From positions 1 to 17,523 of the forward strand of contig JAPJOW010000077.1 of assembly GCA_030826005.1 (NCBI GenBank): a stretch of 17,523 nt of DNA, in the 5' to 3' direction. Origin of the DNA: Aliterella sp. RAGGC_92. Its GTDB lineage: Bacteria; Cyanobacteriota; Cyanobacteriia; Cyanobacteriales; Chroococcidiopsidaceae. This document shows, piece by piece, positions 1-7,562 of the stretch. A model generated the notes under the pieces. That model saw only the letters and a program-made list of their open reading frames with translations. It had not been told where the DNA came from and ran no database searches. The translations under genes were made by a program, and so were the position numbers. Position 1 is the stretch's first letter. Each line of letters opens with the position of its first letter.

Positions 1-1
1 G

Positions 2-253
2 CAAGGGAAGATTCAACCCCAAGATATTGATGAATCCTTGTTTTCAAGTCACCTTTACACGGCAGGAAGAAGCGATCCAGATTTAGTAATTCGTACCAGT
101 GGGGAAATGCGGATTAGTAATTTTTTATTGTGGCAAATGGCTTACTCGGAAATTTATGTCACAGATACTTTGTGGCCCGATTTTGACCGCGTGGAGTTTC
201 ACAAGGCTTTGGTTAATTATCAAGGGCGCGATCGCCGTTTTGGTAAAGTTTAA
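2..253 (+). CDS. uppS: Undecaprenyl-diphosphate synthase (cis-prenyltransferase), C-terminal portion. The gene starts upstream of the window.
   Basis: The open frame runs from window position 2 to a TAA stop at 251-253. The translation ...[73 protein letters not shown] matches the highly conserved UPPS C-terminal block (RTSGE.R.SNFLLWQ.AY.E..F....WPDF). The M at 38 in the ORF track is a TTG inside the longer frame. One HIP1 site lies at 227-234. Confidence 0.85.
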   Translation, partial: QGKIQPQDIDESLFSSHLYTAGRSDPDLVIRTSGEMRISNFLLWQMAYSEIYVTDTLWPDFDRVEFHKALVNYQGRDRRFGKV

Positions 254-299
254 ATCAGATTAGTGAATTGTTCGATTGCGCTATAGCTAACAATGTTTT

Positions 300-608
300 T
301 CAAACCTTTATGATGTATTTTATAACAAATTTCAAAAAGGCAGTAAATAGTGGTGCAAATATAATCCAAAAGATTCTGTAATAAAGTTGTTTCATTAATG
401 TATTATTACTTTTCTCATGTTCTTCTATTGCTTTTCTGTCACCTCGTGTGATAGAAAATCTTGGATGTCCTTCAAACTTATCAATTTTTTCGTCTATAAA
501 TCTTTCATTTTGAACTCCTAAAAACGATCCAGTCATAAAAACCGCTACTAGCAATACAAAAAGTTTCTGCAAACTCTCAACTGATACTTCGTTATTTATT
601 CCTAACAT
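300..608 (-). CDS. Hypothetical small membrane protein (102 aa, two predicted transmembrane helices), downstream partner of the 223-aa ORF
   Basis: ATG start at 606-608 (minus strand) and TAA stop. There are two hydrophobic stretches, LFVLLVAVFMTGSFLGV near the N-terminus and YYRIFWIIFAPLFTAFLKFVIKYII at the C-terminus. They are separated by a charged loop of about 40 aa (DEKIDKFEGHPRFSITRGDRKAIEEHEK). The region is strongly AT-rich and has no HIP1 sites. No family recognised. Confidence 0.5.
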   Translation of the reverse strand: MLGINNEVSVESLQKLFVLLVAVFMTGSFLGVQNERFIDEKIDKFEGHPRFSITRGDRKAIEEHEKSNNTLMKQLYYRIFWIIFAPLFTAFLKFVIKYIIKV

Positions 609-643
609 AGGTAATAAGTAATTGGAAAATAAGCAGGTAATTA

Positions 644-1315
644 TTAAGAGGACAACGGGTGATGTATAACGAGCGATCTCACTGAGAAGTTTCCCTTGTT
701 TCCTAAAAATTTTTGAATAGGATCAGTTTCAAGACAATTTTTTAGACCTTCGTGCCAATTACTTACAATATTCAGTAATTCACCAGCAATAATACTATTA
801 ATAAAATCAACTTTACAAACACTGGATGCTTGGGCTTCTATTAATTCGGATATGTCATCGCTCGTTAACATTAGTTGAAATACATCTTTGGGTAAAATAT
901 CACTCCCAACTCTTAATTTCATCGAATGCCTTTGAGGGAGCTTATAGTGAGGTAATTTAATTAAAATATCCCAATTGATACTAACTGTTTTAATTTTCTC
1001 ATTTACAGTGTCCCAATTCTCCCTTTCAAACTCAGCCCAAGTAGAATAATCTTTGATCTTTTTGTTTGATAAGATAAAATTAATTGATGTAATTGCTGCA
1101 TCTACTGTATGGTTTCTAAGTTTTTCGGCTATTTGTTCATTAATAGCTCTAATATCTGCCAATTCCAAAATTTTTCTATCTGGCAGTAAACGAATTTCAG
1201 TGTCGGGCTTTGCATTAAGTGTGTAGAAAAAAGACTTAACTTCCTCAAGAGGTATGAGTGCCTCGGATTGCTGTGGAATAATATTGGAATTTACAGATTC
1301 TTCAAAATTGTTCAT
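644..1315 (-). CDS. Hypothetical soluble protein (223 aa) of unrecognised family, first gene of a two-gene minus-strand module
   Basis: ATG at 1313-1315 (minus) and TAA at 644-646. The long ORF lies in an AT-rich, HIP1-free segment. There is no hydrophobic segment. A C-terminal RSLVIH string fits an Rx4H pattern. It is followed 35 nt downstream, in a different frame, by the 2-TM ORF. A TTATAAT -10-like element lies about 32 nt upstream. Confidence 0.55.
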   Translation of the reverse strand: MNNFEESVNSNIIPQQSEALIPLEEVKSFFYTLNAKPDTEIRLLPDRKILELADIRAINEQIAEKLRNHTVDAAITSINFILSNKKIKDYSTWAEFERENWDTVNEKIKTVSINWDILIKLPHYKLPQRHSMKLRVGSDILPKDVFQLMLTSDDISELIEAQASSVCKVDFINSIIAGELLNIVSNWHEGLKNCLETDPIQKFLGNKGNFSVRSLVIHHPLSS

Positions 1316-1346
1316 TCTTAGTAAACCGTTTACAGCGAAAATATAA

Positions 1347-1352
1347 ATTATA
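1347..1352 (-). promoter_or_regulatory. Candidate -10 box (TATAAT on the minus strand) upstream of the 223-aa ORF
   Basis: The plus strand reads attata at 1347-1352, which is TATAAT on the minus strand. It lies about 32 nt upstream of the ATG at 1315. No strong -35 or Shine-Dalgarno sequence was seen. Confidence 0.25.
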
Positions 1353-1411
1353 ACTTTAAGTTCTTGAATTAGCCTTTTGTAAGGCTATGATATAAGCCAT
1401 TAAATCAAAGT

Positions 1412-1427
1412 TACGCCTTCGTAACAT
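1412..1427 (-). terminator. Candidate intrinsic terminator hairpin downstream of the GNAT toxin gene
   Basis: gttacgccttcgtaac forms a 6-bp stem (gttacg/cgtaac) with a 4-nt loop. On the minus-strand transcript it is followed by UUUGAUUU. It lies about 140 nt past the toxin stop. Confidence 0.25.
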
Positions 1428-1566
1428 TCACAGATTGAATTAAATTTGCACTGTCCAATCAATAATTATTAAGGGGCTTGACTAAATTGCTAATCAATCA
1501 CCTTCAAGAATATCTTTGCCAAAATGTCTAATACAGCGAAGATTATAGGTAGTAAGGTAATATCGA

Positions 1567-2085
1567 CTAAATGTCAAGAGTTCTAAAAAGGTCTACCACA
1601 GATTTCATAGGTAAATAGAGCTTCAGAGGAGCTTGTTTAAATTGTTGAAACCCGTACTTTAAATAAAAACTCAACGCATTTTCATCTAATGCTTCTGCTA
1701 TCACTGCACAAGATGCAACTTGCGCGGATACATCTAGCGATTTTTTCAGAGCATCTATTAAAAGTAATTCGCCAAATCCATTACCTTTTTGTCTGTTATC
1801 AACAGCAAGGCGACCTAATAATATAGCTGGTAATAATGGGTAACGAGGTAAGCGCTTTGCCCAAGCCTCATCCAAATCTTTGATTTCAACAGTGTATGAA
1901 CAGAGTGTATAGTAAGCTAAAACATTAACATCAGGTTCGTTAATTAAGACAAATACAGTAGAGACTCGTCTCTTGAGATCCTGAGATGCTTGATTTTGGA
2001 TGTAATTGTTTAAACTGTCTTTTCCACAGTAAAAGCCCGAACGGATATGCTTACGACTCTCAAAGGGAATGATTTTGAGAACCAT
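1567..2085 (-). CDS. GNAT-family N-acetyltransferase toxin of a type II toxin-antitoxin pair (TacT/AtaT/KacT-like)
   Basis: 172 aa. The translation MVLKIIPFESRKHIRSGFYCGKDSLNNYIQNQASQDLKRRVSTVFVL... has a GNAT core with an acetyl-CoA binding stretch (RQKGNGFGELLLIDALKKS). The ATG overlaps the stop of the upstream DUF1778 gene (TAATG, 1-nt overlap). This size and arrangement are canonical for GNAT/DUF1778 TA modules. Confidence 0.8.
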   Translation of the reverse strand: MVLKIIPFESRKHIRSGFYCGKDSLNNYIQNQASQDLKRRVSTVFVLINEPDVNVLAYYTLCSYTVEIKDLDEAWAKRLPRYPLLPAILLGRLAVDNRQKGNGFGELLLIDALKKSLDVSAQVASCAVIAEALDENALSFYLKYGFQQFKQAPLKLYLPMKSVVDLFRTLDI

Positions 2086-2363
2086 TAAATTGCAATTACT
2101 TTTCTATATCGTAAAGCAGCCGTTTTCAGCGCGTCGTTAGGCTGTGGAGGATTAAGTAATGCATCAGCAAAAGTAACGCTGTCTTCAATACTAAGCTTAA
2201 GGGTTAGATGTTGCTCAATGACTCTTTTTGCTTCTGCTTGAGAACTTGCAGCAACAAAATCTGTCAGAGTCCGACCTTCTAAATCTGCGGCTTTCTGCAA
2301 AAGAGCTTTAGTTTCTGGACTGACACGCGCTTCTAGTCGTGCCATTGATTTTGAATCAGTCAT
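2085..2363 (-). CDS. DUF1778-family (TacA-like, ribbon-helix-helix type) antitoxin
   Basis: 92 aa. The translation MTDSKSMARLEARVSPETKALLQKAADLEGRTLTDFVAASSQAEAKRVIEQHLTLKLSIEDSVTFADALLNPPQPNDALKTAALRYRK matches the conserved DUF1778 pattern (RLE.RVSPE.KAL...AA.L.G.S..DFV.....EA...I......L.LS.EDS..F..ALLNPP.PN.AL..AA.RY). It is translationally coupled to the GNAT gene. Confidence 0.8.
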   Translation of the reverse strand: MTDSKSMARLEARVSPETKALLQKAADLEGRTLTDFVAASSQAEAKRVIEQHLTLKLSIEDSVTFADALLNPPQPNDALKTAALRYRKVIAI

Positions 2364-2391
2364 AGTAATAAAATTCAGCTTCTAATCTAAT

Positions 2392-2412
2392 ATTATACGG
2401 CAAATTGCCGTA
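2392..2412 (-). promoter_or_regulatory. TA operon promoter with operator palindrome: a -10 TATAAT overlapped by a 17-nt near-perfect inverted repeat
   Basis: The minus strand reads ...ttttacTGTACGGCAATTTGCCGTATAATatt... about 33 nt upstream of the antitoxin ATG. tacggcaaattgccgta (2396-2412) is an 8-bp/8-bp inverted repeat. TATAAT (2392-2397 on the minus strand) sits at its edge. TTTTAC lies 17 nt upstream as a weak -35. Confidence 0.45.
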
Positions 2413-2440
2413 CAGTAAAACCAATACATAAACTAATCTC

Positions 2441-2713
2441 TTAAGGGCCAGCAAATACAGCTTGTTCTATATCTTGCCGACTCAGGGAGTATTTAAAGGC
2501 GCGTTGAATATCTTGCTTGTTTTCCCCACCTTGAAAATATCGTACTGTAAGTTCTTCGATATCTAGACAAAGCTCTGCTTGCCAATCAGCCTTTTGAATA
2601 TGCCAACAATGAGGCGCTGAAATATCTTGTTGGCAACCTTGACTAATTAACCACTGCTCGATATTTGGCAAAGCATGATTGTATAAAGGAGTATCGGCGT
2701 TAGGAAGCGACAT
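2441..2713 (-). CDS. Small conserved cyanobacterial protein, DUF3143-like (90 aa)
   Basis: ATG at 2711-2713 (minus). The translation MSLPNADTPLYNHALPNIEQWLISQGCQQD...RYFQGG...QRAFKYSLSRQDIEQAVFAGP resembles the roughly 90-aa DUF3143 family shared by cyanobacteria and plastid-bearing eukaryotes. Assignment is from memory of the motif. Confidence 0.45.
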   Translation of the reverse strand: MSLPNADTPLYNHALPNIEQWLISQGCQQDISAPHCWHIQKADWQAELCLDIEELTVRYFQGGENKQDIQRAFKYSLSRQDIEQAVFAGP

Positions 2714-2757
2714 AGGAAACTAAAACTTAATTGTGGTGGGTAAAAATATCAATATTT

Positions 2758-3300
2758 TTAGGAAAAATTACTCAGCGATTGTAAAGCAACATTTACAACT
2801 ATTGTAAACTGCTGCGTAATAAGTTGTAATTCAATTGTTGAGATGGGCTGCCAAGCTTTATCGCCGCGAATGATGCCAATAGCGATCGCCAGTATCAAAC
2901 AGCCAACAAACGTTAACCCTAAAATAAATAAAGCAAAGATTTCGCCTGCGGATAAAGGGCGATCGGTAGGATCGAGATAAGCGGAGGATTTGGTATACTT
3001 AGAGCGATCGCGAACAGAACAATATAGATAAGATGGCGCTTGAATTACCGATAGGCGCGAGTAGCCAATTAAATAATCGTAAGCCGTGCGCCGTTCGGGA
3101 TTGCTGAGGGTAGCGTAAGCCTGGTTAAGCTCTTGAAACTTAGTAGTAGCAATTTCTGTGGATAATTTAGTCGTGTCGGGGTGGTAGTGCTTGCTCAATT
3201 CTCGATAAGCGCGACGAATTTCTATAACTGATGCGGAAGGATGCAACCCTAGCAAAGCATAGTAACTGCTATCTTCTTGTGCGGCAGTATTTTGACTCAT
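2758..3300 (-). CDS. J-domain (DnaJ-like) protein with C-terminal transmembrane segment
   Basis: The J domain is YYALLGLHPSASVIEIRRAYRELSKHYHPDTT with the HPD tripeptide. A C-terminal hydrophobic stretch reads IFALFILGLTFVGCLILAIAIGII. The ORF track starts at a TTG (3324). The first ATG is at 3298-3300 (MSQNTAAQ...), which is preferred. HIP1 sites occur inside the gene. Confidence 0.7.
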   Translation of the reverse strand: MSQNTAAQEDSSYYALLGLHPSASVIEIRRAYRELSKHYHPDTTKLSTEIATTKFQELNQAYATLSNPERRTAYDYLIGYSRLSVIQAPSYLYCSVRDRSKYTKSSAYLDPTDRPLSAGEIFALFILGLTFVGCLILAIAIGIIRGDKAWQPISTIELQLITQQFTIVVNVALQSLSNFS

Positions 3301-3407
3301 TACTATTCTAATACCCAGCGCCAACTAATATATTTTACTGGTTAGGAATCTATAAGTTCAACCTCGATCCAAAATGCTTTTAATAGTCTTATTGAGTGTT
3401 TTACTAA

Positions 3408-4181
3408 CTAAAATGGCAAAAACAACTTAACCGCCGCCGAGCCTAATAGTCCCAAAATGTTCATAAAGTTTCCTTTGCTTTTTGGTTTAGCGGCGCTTGG
3501 TGGCGGAGCTTCTAACTCTTTGATAAATGCTTGCGCTGTTTGGTTGCCAACAACATTATTTTGAGCTAAAAATAATTCTTCCGCAACTTTGGCATCTTCC
3601 CTAGCTCCTTTACGATCTAACAATTGGTAACGAGCAACGCCGCGACCCATGTAAGCTAAAGCAAATTCAGGATCGATGGTCAAAGCTTGGTTAAAATAAT
3701 CAATTGCGCCTTGGGAGTCGCCTTTTTGACCTTGAATCATTCCCCAGCGATAAAAGTCTTGAGCTTTAGCGGCGGTGGTGGGTATACCGATCGCACCTTG
3801 CAAGTGCGCGCCATTTACATCCGCTTCCCCAAAGCTGACGTTGTACAAATAAGCGTCCCGAAAATCTGCCCCAGCTATTTGCGCTCCTTCTAACTTTGCT
3901 CCGGTTAAATTAGCTCCAAATAAAGAAGCGCCGACTAAGTTTGCACCTGTTAAATCCGCTCCACTTAAGTTTGCTCTGCTCAAATTTGCCCCGCTTAAGT
4001 TAGCTCCCGATAAGTTTGCGCCAGATAAATTCGTCAACACCAAGCCTGCACCGCTCAAATCGCAGCTTTGACATTGTTTTGTAGATAGTAGCTGTCTAGT
4101 GTGAGCGATGTTTTCAGATAAAGCAGGATACGCAAGGCTAATGGTAGTAAGTGCAGTAGTAGTGACAATAAAAAGTTTCAT
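3408..4181 (-). CDS. Secreted pentapeptide-repeat protein with C-terminal TPR-like region
   Basis: The N-terminal signal peptide is [22 protein letters not shown]. About 15 consecutive A(N/D)LxG pentapeptides follow ([59 protein letters not shown]...). The C-terminal TPR-like segment reads [29 protein letters not shown]. The C-terminus is lysine- and proline-rich. Confidence 0.8.
   Translation of the reverse strand: [257 protein letters not shown]
3790..4040 (-). repeat. Tandem 15-nt coding repeats (pentapeptide repeat units) inside the pentapeptide-repeat gene
   Basis: The nucleotide-level reiteration (gcnaacttnagcgg...) is visible in the sequence. It is coding, not an array. Confidence 0.6.
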
Positions 4182-4351
4182 AAATAAGAGATTGCAAAGG
4201 ATAGGGCGCTAATTTTTGTAGATTAACATTTAATAATTCAACTGACGATATTATGCCCAAAATCATCTCAATAAGCGACTTGAGGCGGATTTATTTAAGT
4301 TTCGATCGATATATTAAAAGAAAGTAACAATAGCCAATTTTTAATTTAGAT

Positions 4352-5317
4352 ATGGAAACGCGCCGTTTAGGTAGATCGAATCTCCAAATTAGCCCTATTG
4401 TGATGGGAACTTGGCAAGCTGGAAAAAAAGCATGGGTGGGAATCTCTGATGAGGAGACAACTAAGGCAATTAGAGCCGCTTTTGATGCGGGAATTACTAC
4501 CGTTGATACCGCCGAAGTTTATGGCGAAGGGCATTCGGAACGAATTGTGGCTAAAGCTTTAGCTGATGTCAGAGATAAGGTTATTTACGCTACTAAAGTT
4601 TTTTCTAATCATTTGAAGTACGACCAAGTAATCGAAGCTTGCGATCGCTCTTTAACTAATTTGCAAACTGATTATATCGATCTTTATCAAATTCATTGGC
4701 CTAGTGGCTGTTTTAAGAGTGCAGTTGTCCCAATTGAAGAAACAATGAGTGCCTTAAATAAGCTCCTTGAGCAAGGCAAAATCCGCGCTATTGGGGTTTC
4801 TAATTTTTCTCGTTCTCAACTTGAAGAAGCATCGCAGTACGGGCGCATTGACAGCATTCAGCCGCCTTACTCGCTGTTTTGGCGACAGGTAGAACAGGAA
4901 ACTGTACCTTATTGCATTGAAAATGAAATTTCTATTCTTGCTTACTCACCTTTGGCGCAAGGATTATTAACGGGTAAATTTGCCGCCGATCATAAGTTTG
5001 ATGCGGAAGATAACCGTGCGAAAAATAAGCTGTTTCAAGGAGAAAATTACCAAAGGGCGCAAGCGGCTTTGACAAAACTGCGTCCCATTGCCGATCGCTA
5101 TCAAATTACTTTAGGTAATTTGGCTCTAGCTTGGCTAATTGCTCAACCTCAAACTAATGCTATTGTCGGCGCACGAGATACCGAACAAGCTGTAGCTAAT
5201 GCTGTAGCTGCAAATATTCAGCTTTCTGCTGAAGACCTCCAAGAAATTGATGCGATCGGGCGCACCGTTACCGATCGCTTGGACGATAATCCGGTAATGT
5301 GGAACTTTGCGGCTTAA
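4352..5317 (+). CDS. Aldo/keto reductase family oxidoreductase (321 aa)
   Basis: The translation MGTWQAGKKAWVGISDEETTKAIRAAFDAGITTVDTAEVYGEGHSERIVAKAL...IDLYQIHWP...IRAIGVSNFS shows the AKR catalytic and NADP-binding signature blocks. ATG at 4352. Several HIP1 sites lie inside. Confidence 0.85.
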   Translation: METRRLGRSNLQISPIVMGTWQAGKKAWVGISDEETTKAIRAAFDAGITTVDTAEVYGEGHSERIVAKALADVRDKVIYATKVFSNHLKYDQVIEACDRSLTNLQTDYIDLYQIHWPSGCFKSAVVPIEETMSALNKLLEQGKIRAIGVSNFSRSQLEEASQYGRIDSIQPPYSLFWRQVEQETVPYCIENEISILAYSPLAQGLLTGKFAADHKFDAEDNRAKNKLFQGENYQRAQAALTKLRPIADRYQITLGNLALAWLIAQPQTNAIVGARDTEQAVANAVAANIQLSAEDLQEIDAIGRTVTDRLDDNPVMWNFAA

Positions 5318-5648
5318 ACGATGTTGAGAAGTTTCAAGAGTGTTGAATTTTAGTAAACTTACCCTTGCTAAAACCAAAAGTGGTGATAACTTTATTAATA
5401 GGACGCAACAAGCTAAAAACGGCAAACCAAAAAGGCGCTCAACCTAGTGTCCCCTGTTAGAGAGCCAAACTTGTAATTATTCCAAGCATAGGGTTAGTGG
5501 CAAAAAACTTTAATAGAGTAAAAGCCAAACTCAGGTCTAGAAAGATGCGACTGTGCTGGAGTTACGAGAGATGTAAACTTTAGTTATTTCTCCACTTTAT
5601 TTGTTAACTTCTTTGAATAATTTGAATCCCGAAATTTGAGGGGTCTTG

Positions 5649-5679
5649 TCATAAACGGATAAGACCCCTTAAGTTTGTC
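5649..5679 (-). terminator. Stem-loop immediately downstream of the hydrolase gene stop; candidate terminator
   Basis: aggggtctt gtcataaacggat aagacccct forms a perfect 9-bp GC-rich stem with a 13-nt loop. It abuts the minus-strand stop at 5679-5681. On the minus transcript it is followed by CAAAUUUCGGGAUUCAAAUUAUUC, which is only moderately U-rich. Confidence 0.35.
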
Positions 5680-6620
5680 TAGGCTACCTCTGCAAAAGAT
5701 AAAATCCAGGATTTTAATAGCGAATTTACTTGCTCTGGTACTTCGTCATGGGGACAATGACCAGCCCGTAGGAAGTATTCTGTTAGATTGGGGCAATGTT
5801 GGCGGAATTTAGGCGATCGCTCTTTGGCGTTCATCCAAGGATCTCCTTCTCCCCACAGCATTAGTAAAGGACACTTTAACTGTTGGAGTAAAACATCAAC
5901 TTTTTCGCCTTGGGGATTATTAAAAATTGCCGCAAATACTTGGGCTGCACCCGCATCGCAGGAAGGGCGATAAATTTCTTCTACTAATTGGTCGGTGACA
6001 GCGCTTTTATCTAAATAAACTCTTTCTAGAGTTTGGCGAATTACCCAAGGTTGGCGCACGTATTGAAATAAAATGAACCGTGCTAAGGGCTGCCCAAATA
6101 TCCATTTAGCCGCCTCGCCTAAAAACTTTTGCCAAACTTCGGGCTGTTTGGGCGGTTGTACCTCTGCTTGCAAGGGGTCGGGTTCAGAAGATGAATCATC
6201 GACGGAAAAAGGCCCCGCACTATTGAGTAATACTACCCCCGCCGCCGATTCCGGGCGCTGGGCGGCGACACACAAGCAAGCGTAACCACCAAGAGAGTTT
6301 CCGGCTAATACTGTAGGTTGACCGATAACTTCGGTAATAAAATCATTCAGTTGATCGCGCCACAAGTCGGCACTGTAAGCCAATTGAGGTTTTGCCGATC
6401 GCCCAAAACCCAGTAAATCAATTGCCCAAACTTCAAAATCTGCTTGTAATTGAGCGATATTTTTGCGCCAGTGGTCTGTAGAAGCCCCAAACCCATGTAC
6501 TAATAATAAAGGTGGGCGTTTTTGCCTTTCTCCCGCCTTGACATAATAAATTGAGTGTCCGCGCCACTGCCAATACTTACCGGGAGTTGGAGTAGTAGAG
6601 ACGGCTGGTGTTGCCTGCAT
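5679..6620 (-). CDS. Alpha/beta-fold hydrolase (313 aa)
   Basis: The HGFG oxyanion-hole motif (LLLVHGFGASTDHW) and the nucleophile elbow GNSLGG (VLAGNSLGGY) are present. A C-terminal histidine context reads RAGHCPHDE. ATG at 6618-6620 (minus). Confidence 0.8.
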   Translation of the reverse strand: MQATPAVSTTPTPGKYWQWRGHSIYYVKAGERQKRPPLLLVHGFGASTDHWRKNIAQLQADFEVWAIDLLGFGRSAKPQLAYSADLWRDQLNDFITEVIGQPTVLAGNSLGGYACLCVAAQRPESAAGVVLLNSAGPFSVDDSSSEPDPLQAEVQPPKQPEVWQKFLGEAAKWIFGQPLARFILFQYVRQPWVIRQTLERVYLDKSAVTDQLVEEIYRPSCDAGAAQVFAAIFNNPQGEKVDVLLQQLKCPLLMLWGEGDPWMNAKERSPKFRQHCPNLTEYFLRAGHCPHDEVPEQVNSLLKSWILSFAEVA

Positions 6621-6686
6621 GATTTAATTAGAAATAATGTTAAGTTACTTTAATAATTCTAACGAGCGATCGCTAGAACACGGATT

Positions 6687-7559
6687 ATGTCGCAAATAAT
6701 TACTGGAAAAACTAAGCTACTGGGTGTAATTGGGCATCCGGTAGAGCATTCTTTATCGCCGATTATGCACAATGCGGCGATCGCGCATTTGGGTTTAGAT
6801 TACGTTTATCTACCATTGCCAGTACATCCAGACAATTTACAAGCGGCGCTTTCTGGGTTTGCAGCCATTGATTTAGTAGGGTTTAATATTACAATTCCCC
6901 ACAAACAAGCAATTAAGCCTTTAATTACGGAGATTTCCCCTACCGCTAAAGCAGTGGGCGCTATAAATACAGTTTGGCGCACAAGTAACGATACCTGGGC
7001 GGGTACGAATACTGATGTAGAAGGTTTTATTGCTCCTTTGCAGACTTATCACCAAGATTGGAGTCAAAAAACCGCCGTAGTTTTAGGTAATGGTGGTGCA
7101 GCGCGGGCGGTAGTAGCAGGTTGCGCGGAGTTAGGTTTTAAGGAAACTTATGTAGTGGGGAGAAATGCTACAAAGTTAGCTCAATTTGTAGCAAGTTGGG
7201 AGGCGATCGCAACGAGCTTGATAGTTCGCAATTGGGATAAGTTATCGTTACTCATTCCCCAAGCAGATTTGATTATCAATACAACTCCGATCGGGATGTA
7301 TCCTCACGTTGACGAGTCGCCTTTGAGTGAGGAGGAAATGGCATTATTACGGGCGGATGCGATCGCTTACGATTTAATTTACACTCCTAGCCCCACCAAG
7401 TTTTTACAACAAGCACTAGGCAGGGGTGCGACTGCTATTGACGGGTTAGAAATGCTCGTGCAACAAGGAGCGGCGGCTTTAGCAATTTGGTTGCAGCAAC
7501 CCGTACCTGTAGATGTTATGCGTCAAGCGTTACAAAGCCATCTAAATAAAAAAGCCTAG
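6687..7559 (+). CDS. aroE: Shikimate 5-dehydrogenase
   Basis: The translation MSQIITGKTKLLGVIGHPVEHSLSPIMHNAAIAHLGLDYVYLP... matches the conserved AroE N-terminal substrate-binding block. The glycine-rich NADP site is VLGNGGAARAVV. 290 aa, ATG at 6687. Confidence 0.85.
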   Translation: MSQIITGKTKLLGVIGHPVEHSLSPIMHNAAIAHLGLDYVYLPLPVHPDNLQAALSGFAAIDLVGFNITIPHKQAIKPLITEISPTAKAVGAINTVWRTSNDTWAGTNTDVEGFIAPLQTYHQDWSQKTAVVLGNGGAARAVVAGCAELGFKETYVVGRNATKLAQFVASWEAIATSLIVRNWDKLSLLIPQADLIINTTPIGMYPHVDESPLSEEEMALLRADAIAYDLIYTPSPTKFLQQALGRGATAIDGLEMLVQQGAAALAIWLQQPVPVDVMRQALQSHLNKKA

Positions 7560-7562
7560 CTC

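Noticed and set aside
300-1315. Treating the 223-aa and 102-aa ORFs as one frameshifted gene
   Set aside because: The ORFs are in different frames with a clean stop (TAA at 644-646) and a proper ATG at 606-608. There is no homopolymer slippery run between them. Two genes is the simpler reading, although a pseudogenised fusion cannot be fully excluded without homologues.
3687-3893. Plus-strand 68-aa ORF inside the pentapeptide-repeat gene
   Set aside because: It is fully antisense to a well-supported CDS. It is glycine-rich and repetitive, as expected from the complement of pentapeptide repeats.
3790-4040. Possible CRISPR-like periodic repeats
   Set aside because: The periodicity is 15 nt and is coding (A-N/D-L-x-G pentapeptides). 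There are no spacers and no cas genes.
5318-5648. About 320-nt non-coding stretch downstream of the AKR gene as a possible sRNA
   Set aside because: No convincing promoter plus terminator pair or conserved-looking structure was seen by eye, apart from the hairpin at 5649-5679. That hairpin is better explained as the hydrolase gene terminator.
5135-6285. Small ORFs 5135..5425(-), 5788..5973(+), 6073..6285(+)
   Set aside because: These ORFs overlap or are antisense to the AKR and hydrolase genes. Their amino-acid composition is unusual and no motifs were seen.
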